From the NCBI GenBank assembly GCA_965209085.1, contig OZ242376.1:1600001-1664000 (forward strand): DNA of 64,000 nucleotides. Direction: 5' to 3'. The position numbers and the translations under genes were made by a program. Origin of the DNA: Nitrosopumilaceae archaeon (lineage in GTDB: Archaea > Thermoproteota > Nitrososphaeria > Nitrososphaerales > Nitrosopumilaceae). A model generated the notes under the pieces. It was not told the origin of the DNA and did not search any database. It worked only from the letters and a program-made list of their open reading frames with translations. Positions within the stretch are counted from its first letter, which is position 1. Each line of letters starts with the position of its first letter. Shown here piece after piece: positions 62,701 through 64,000 of this stretch.

Positions 62701-62899
62701 TTTTGGCAAAAATTTCATTATACGCCATAAACGTATCCGACAATTTTATACCGGTCGAATTTTGTACTGGTGCAGCAGTGGGAGGACCTGGCATGGTTTT
62801 GTTTGTCTGGGCATACACGCCCCCATACCATGGAGATACAAATGGAAGAGGTGATAAGAGTGCTAGAAAAATTATCAAAACAAAAAAAGTGTGAACCAT
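56717..62899 (-). CDS. 2060-aa secreted S8 peptidase with Ig-like and FG-GAP repeats
   Basis: Signal peptide; triad IIDT/HGT/GTSASAP; repeated DLAGN beta domains; FGTSLA..DFDGDGVPDLAIGAP. Confidence 0.9.
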   Translation of the reverse strand: MVHTFFVLIIFLALLSPLPFVSPWYGGVYAQTNKTMPGPPTAAPVQNSTGIKLSDTFMAYNEIFAKIPNITGRANTTATNLAHDMFMDVRYEYVDLNRTSHQLNRTLADLAATVLDNARTQQGFGIFGAFAAQTSSNVHQTLEMLQNGTAEYVRVQDELKSKTNQFKISPNVYALFENSDKKIQVYINLISNNSLVPLNEDEIVTQLDKIILAVIPESRIRDLAEHDQVRSIRLPHTIVPTAGSSISEGVSVSQADTLHSMGITGKNITVAIIDTSFNPNDAAISPRVSYSALFRSCSDLSCGYSSHHGTRVSHIVADMAPDANLELYAVSNNIGIEEAISHIISRGKADVLTISLSVPGLGGDGSTKHYRDGTSSVAQAVDRARENGILVTVSSGNSANEHWSGIYISSSTVTPELIPQLDSYQSILEVNPSASGLQKACFSTNSQKELIILAWDAWDQNSVSDDYDLFLFSSDMSELHAYSTYWQPIGYLPLEEIISPDISGNKCLVVASKSSVQNHNLHIYASDASLTPSTPAGSIGTPADARGAVSVGAVHYSTKNLESFSSRGPTDDGREKPEICGYDGVKNLGSTFSGTSASAPHVAGMAALLLDANPSATADEIQRSIETSAEPGPNGCGSGIMSLHDAAELLPTVTVSGGVNHPYVKAGDLATVYVSANNTISSVSATIFGRSVPVSHSGNTANATVMVLENDTQGFADFSLNIVDVDGNLVTATPQTLTGSSIQVDTIAPNMESSYASSSNSVTVVFSEGIRAESVSSDDFTMNNAVIMGHTVSYDMVNLVTSALNISSLPSLNLSGSVEDLAGNSISGVSIPTVVGFDATDTIAPKFVSLEAYSSNPNTTLAKANDTITVNLTTDETASSANATMLGRSIQPVISGNHVTFELNVTSDDVQGLVNFTLFAYDEQNNTLQITQENLTTRNVIVDTISPEMLSVKTASNGIIALDFSEVLDAASVSGSKFIIDGANLIGVTSVENTVNMKTTGFSSDAVIGIFIDGMLGDLAGNLLTLDGYYYTEDGVRPLMIDAYPYDEQTIIVEFDESIKSPLQPSDFEITGIGVKSVTISSQDNYIELITDPFERDDLLSVSINGTVEDLSGNLALQNIPIEFRGSLNSLSAIFTAERIDTSTIELSFTLYGYDVIDLDVASYNTDTFSITDPFAEILSWDIVPYYTEKGYVINQGLPELNLEDHDHFGTSLASADFDNDGTKDLAVGALGNGTGFISIVYMNPDGSANTSHTLDYFEFNNFNFDTFGTSLAAEDFDGDGVPDLAIGDPGDGNGSGAVHIAYLYSNGTVSSTIKLTGFNLSIVDTFGTSLAAEDFDGDGVPDLAIGAPGDGNGSGAVHIAYLYSNGTVSSTIKLTDFNLSIIDTFGTSLAAGDFDGDGVPDLAIGAPGDGNGSGAVHIAYLYSNGTVKNTIKIFDPDNTGFGYALSVMNDIDGDGRSEFAAVALEQYHGIVYTLHPKADNVVFSTGVSFNYGFGMSLAYTGIISDEGTALAVGTPFSSYAKGIDTGTVLFLYYGDHLQITTSEIQDPDQTPLVTYNENTQSNLTVDGDTVSDGTSTVASALNTVLESAHTINTSTVNATFSRTINASSVDSTDFLINGIQPIGTIVYDNVVTLTTNTLFSSGATPYIAYVGMIQDLSGFSIQSHGVTATDGIPPQIISSTTLTPYLVSVAFDESIAITADIDFVLKITGYSLTSFNVKDGSAIPKSILEITIAPSTPFESNSQPEIQFDISSNFGELTDLAGNSLSFTTITASDGIKPSMKSATVVSSNLIEVYFDENVQFIPGTAPLQLLDIDGSTTLISSSIFGNTLSISTFLSSFSDAVLNISFIGTSPNIEDTSGNSFTASSILTNNTHSMGPYISNDRTIVIQYNMTINPATLDISDYTVSYGLIVDATIDSIALSNDDTTVTLTMTSPFGTGTTPFIEQSGDILNILGDSVNLTRTSTQDLAPPVLVSAISTTTTEIILTFSEPITAPSDNAINYAIIGIEIQDVTKIGSNTVLISINQFTSTVVQITLLSNIQDFSGNTAEREIDRNVFKRG
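58616..59104. repeat. Near-identical 177-bp tandem repeats (FG-GAP blades)
   Basis: CGTTGGAATAAAGG recurs at 58624, 58801, 58978. Confidence 0.9.
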
Positions 62900-62951
62900 A
62901 TCAGTAGTTTATTGTGAAATTCCACATATAAAAAGAAGCGATATGTAACTG

Positions 62952-63047
62952 ATATAGTGACACGCCAAAGTTCATGAGCGTTTGACCGTCCATGTACTAT
63001 CGAATTGAGACTATTTTTAGCTCACGAACTTTTGCGTGTGACTATAT
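62952..63047. mobile_element. Family-3 MITE candidate (TA-flanked)
   Basis: TAGTGACACGCCAAAGTTCATGAGC / GCTCACGAACTTTTGCGTGTGACTA, 22/25 inverted match. Confidence 0.7.
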
Positions 63048-63074
63048 GTATTTGCAAATGCTCGAGGTATTAAT

Positions 63075-64000
63075 TTATCTGAAAAAAAAATCATGTGACT
63101 GTTTTGAGATATTGTTATAATAATTCATGAAATCATCTGCCCAGTCATCATCAGGGATAAAGTTATATGCAAATGATCTAGGATCAGTGAGATTAACTGC
63201 ATCCATAGATTCTGCCATATATGGAAATTCCGTACTAGGCATTATGCGATATCCTATAGATGGCAAATTTGTAACGTTTTTACCATCGACTAGTTGGCAT
63301 GTAGTTTGATTATTTAGAATTGTATTCATTTCATCCTGAGATAAAAGACTCCAGAAATATTCGTTAATGCAACTAGGTCTTGGATCTGCCATTGGTTTTT
63401 GTGCTTGGGTCGCGTTCTGAGTTGGAATATTTGTACCATTATTTACATTTGATGTATGTTCAGCATCACAGGGATTTACAGAAGTTGTAAGGTCTTTTGG
63501 ATTTATTTCATTTACGGTTATAGTACCGTTTCCATTACTTGTCGCATTAAATAGAGTGATGGAACCATCAATAAAAAATAGTGCCATAGATAATTTACCG
63601 TGGTAGGTTGGAATTTCTTTGAATTTTAATGAAAAGTTCCCAGTTCTACCTTCATCATTAATCGATTCAGAATTAATACTTCCTGTGACATATGTAACAC
63701 ACACAGCGGTACGAGGTGTCTGTGTGACATCTACAAACTCTAAATCCTGAGATATTACAAAAAAAACTATATTTGATGTATTTGCAGTTTCAGCACAAAA
63801 TGACTCAAATTTTACACTATCACACGCTACAATATATCTAGCAGGGGTATCAGACATATTTCGCATCCATGTATATTCAAGAACAAATGTTTCATTTACT
63901 AGAACAGAATTTGGAAATGTGTTGGAAAAGGATCCTTTACTTGTAGGAAAATAAGATGTTTGAGATAATCTAGTTTTATCAGGAACAATATTTTTTGATA
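63075..64000 (-). CDS. AT-rich hypothetical protein, 5' part outside window
   Basis: Frame stays open from 63866 to the window end; Asn/Thr-rich. Confidence 0.65.
   Translation of the reverse strand, partial: SKNIVPDKTRLSQTSYFPTSKGSFSNTFPNSVLVNETFVLEYTWMRNMSDTPARYIVACDSVKFESFCAETANTSNIVFFVISQDLEFVDVTQTPRTAVCVTYVTGSINSESINDEGRTGNFSLKFKEIPTYHGKLSMALFFIDGSITLFNATSNGNGTITVNEINPKDLTTSVNPCDAEHTSNVNNGTNIPTQNATQAQKPMADPRPSCINEYFWSLLSQDEMNTILNNQTTCQLVDGKNVTNLPSIGYRIMPSTEFPYMAESMDAVNLTDPRSFAYNFIPDDDWADDFMNYYNNISKQSHDFFFR

Overview
Window from an ammonia-oxidising archaeon (Nitrosopumilaceae-like thaumarchaeote; the IS/MITE load and a giant secreted repeat protease suggest, but do not prove, a host-associated lineage). 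Core content: heme-copper oxidase operon, archaeal CoA biosynthesis genes, multicopper oxidase + ZIP transporter behind a perfect DtxR-like palindrome, pheST/trpS/serS, five tRNAs (two with introns), amoA-amoX-amoB-amoC, and the rps15-DHH-Pcc1-serS-eS1-ABCE1 region. Two accessory zones (about 20.9-28.5 kb and 39.7-43.1 kb) hold nested, decayed IS66, IS5-like and IS110/IS1111 elements, several MITE families and two AT-rich cargo genes (TIR domain; HEPN-like). Main observation: an IS1111-type element whose two ends sit at the same TA inside the terminal inverted repeat (TIR) of the IS5-like/MITE family, and whose 3' non-coding end carries two loops matching that target and its own circle junction, i.e. 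a candidate archaeal bridge/seek RNA aimed at another transposon. Candidate H/ACA and C/D guide RNAs and a 35-aa membrane peptide are also visible. All calls are by eye, without database searches.
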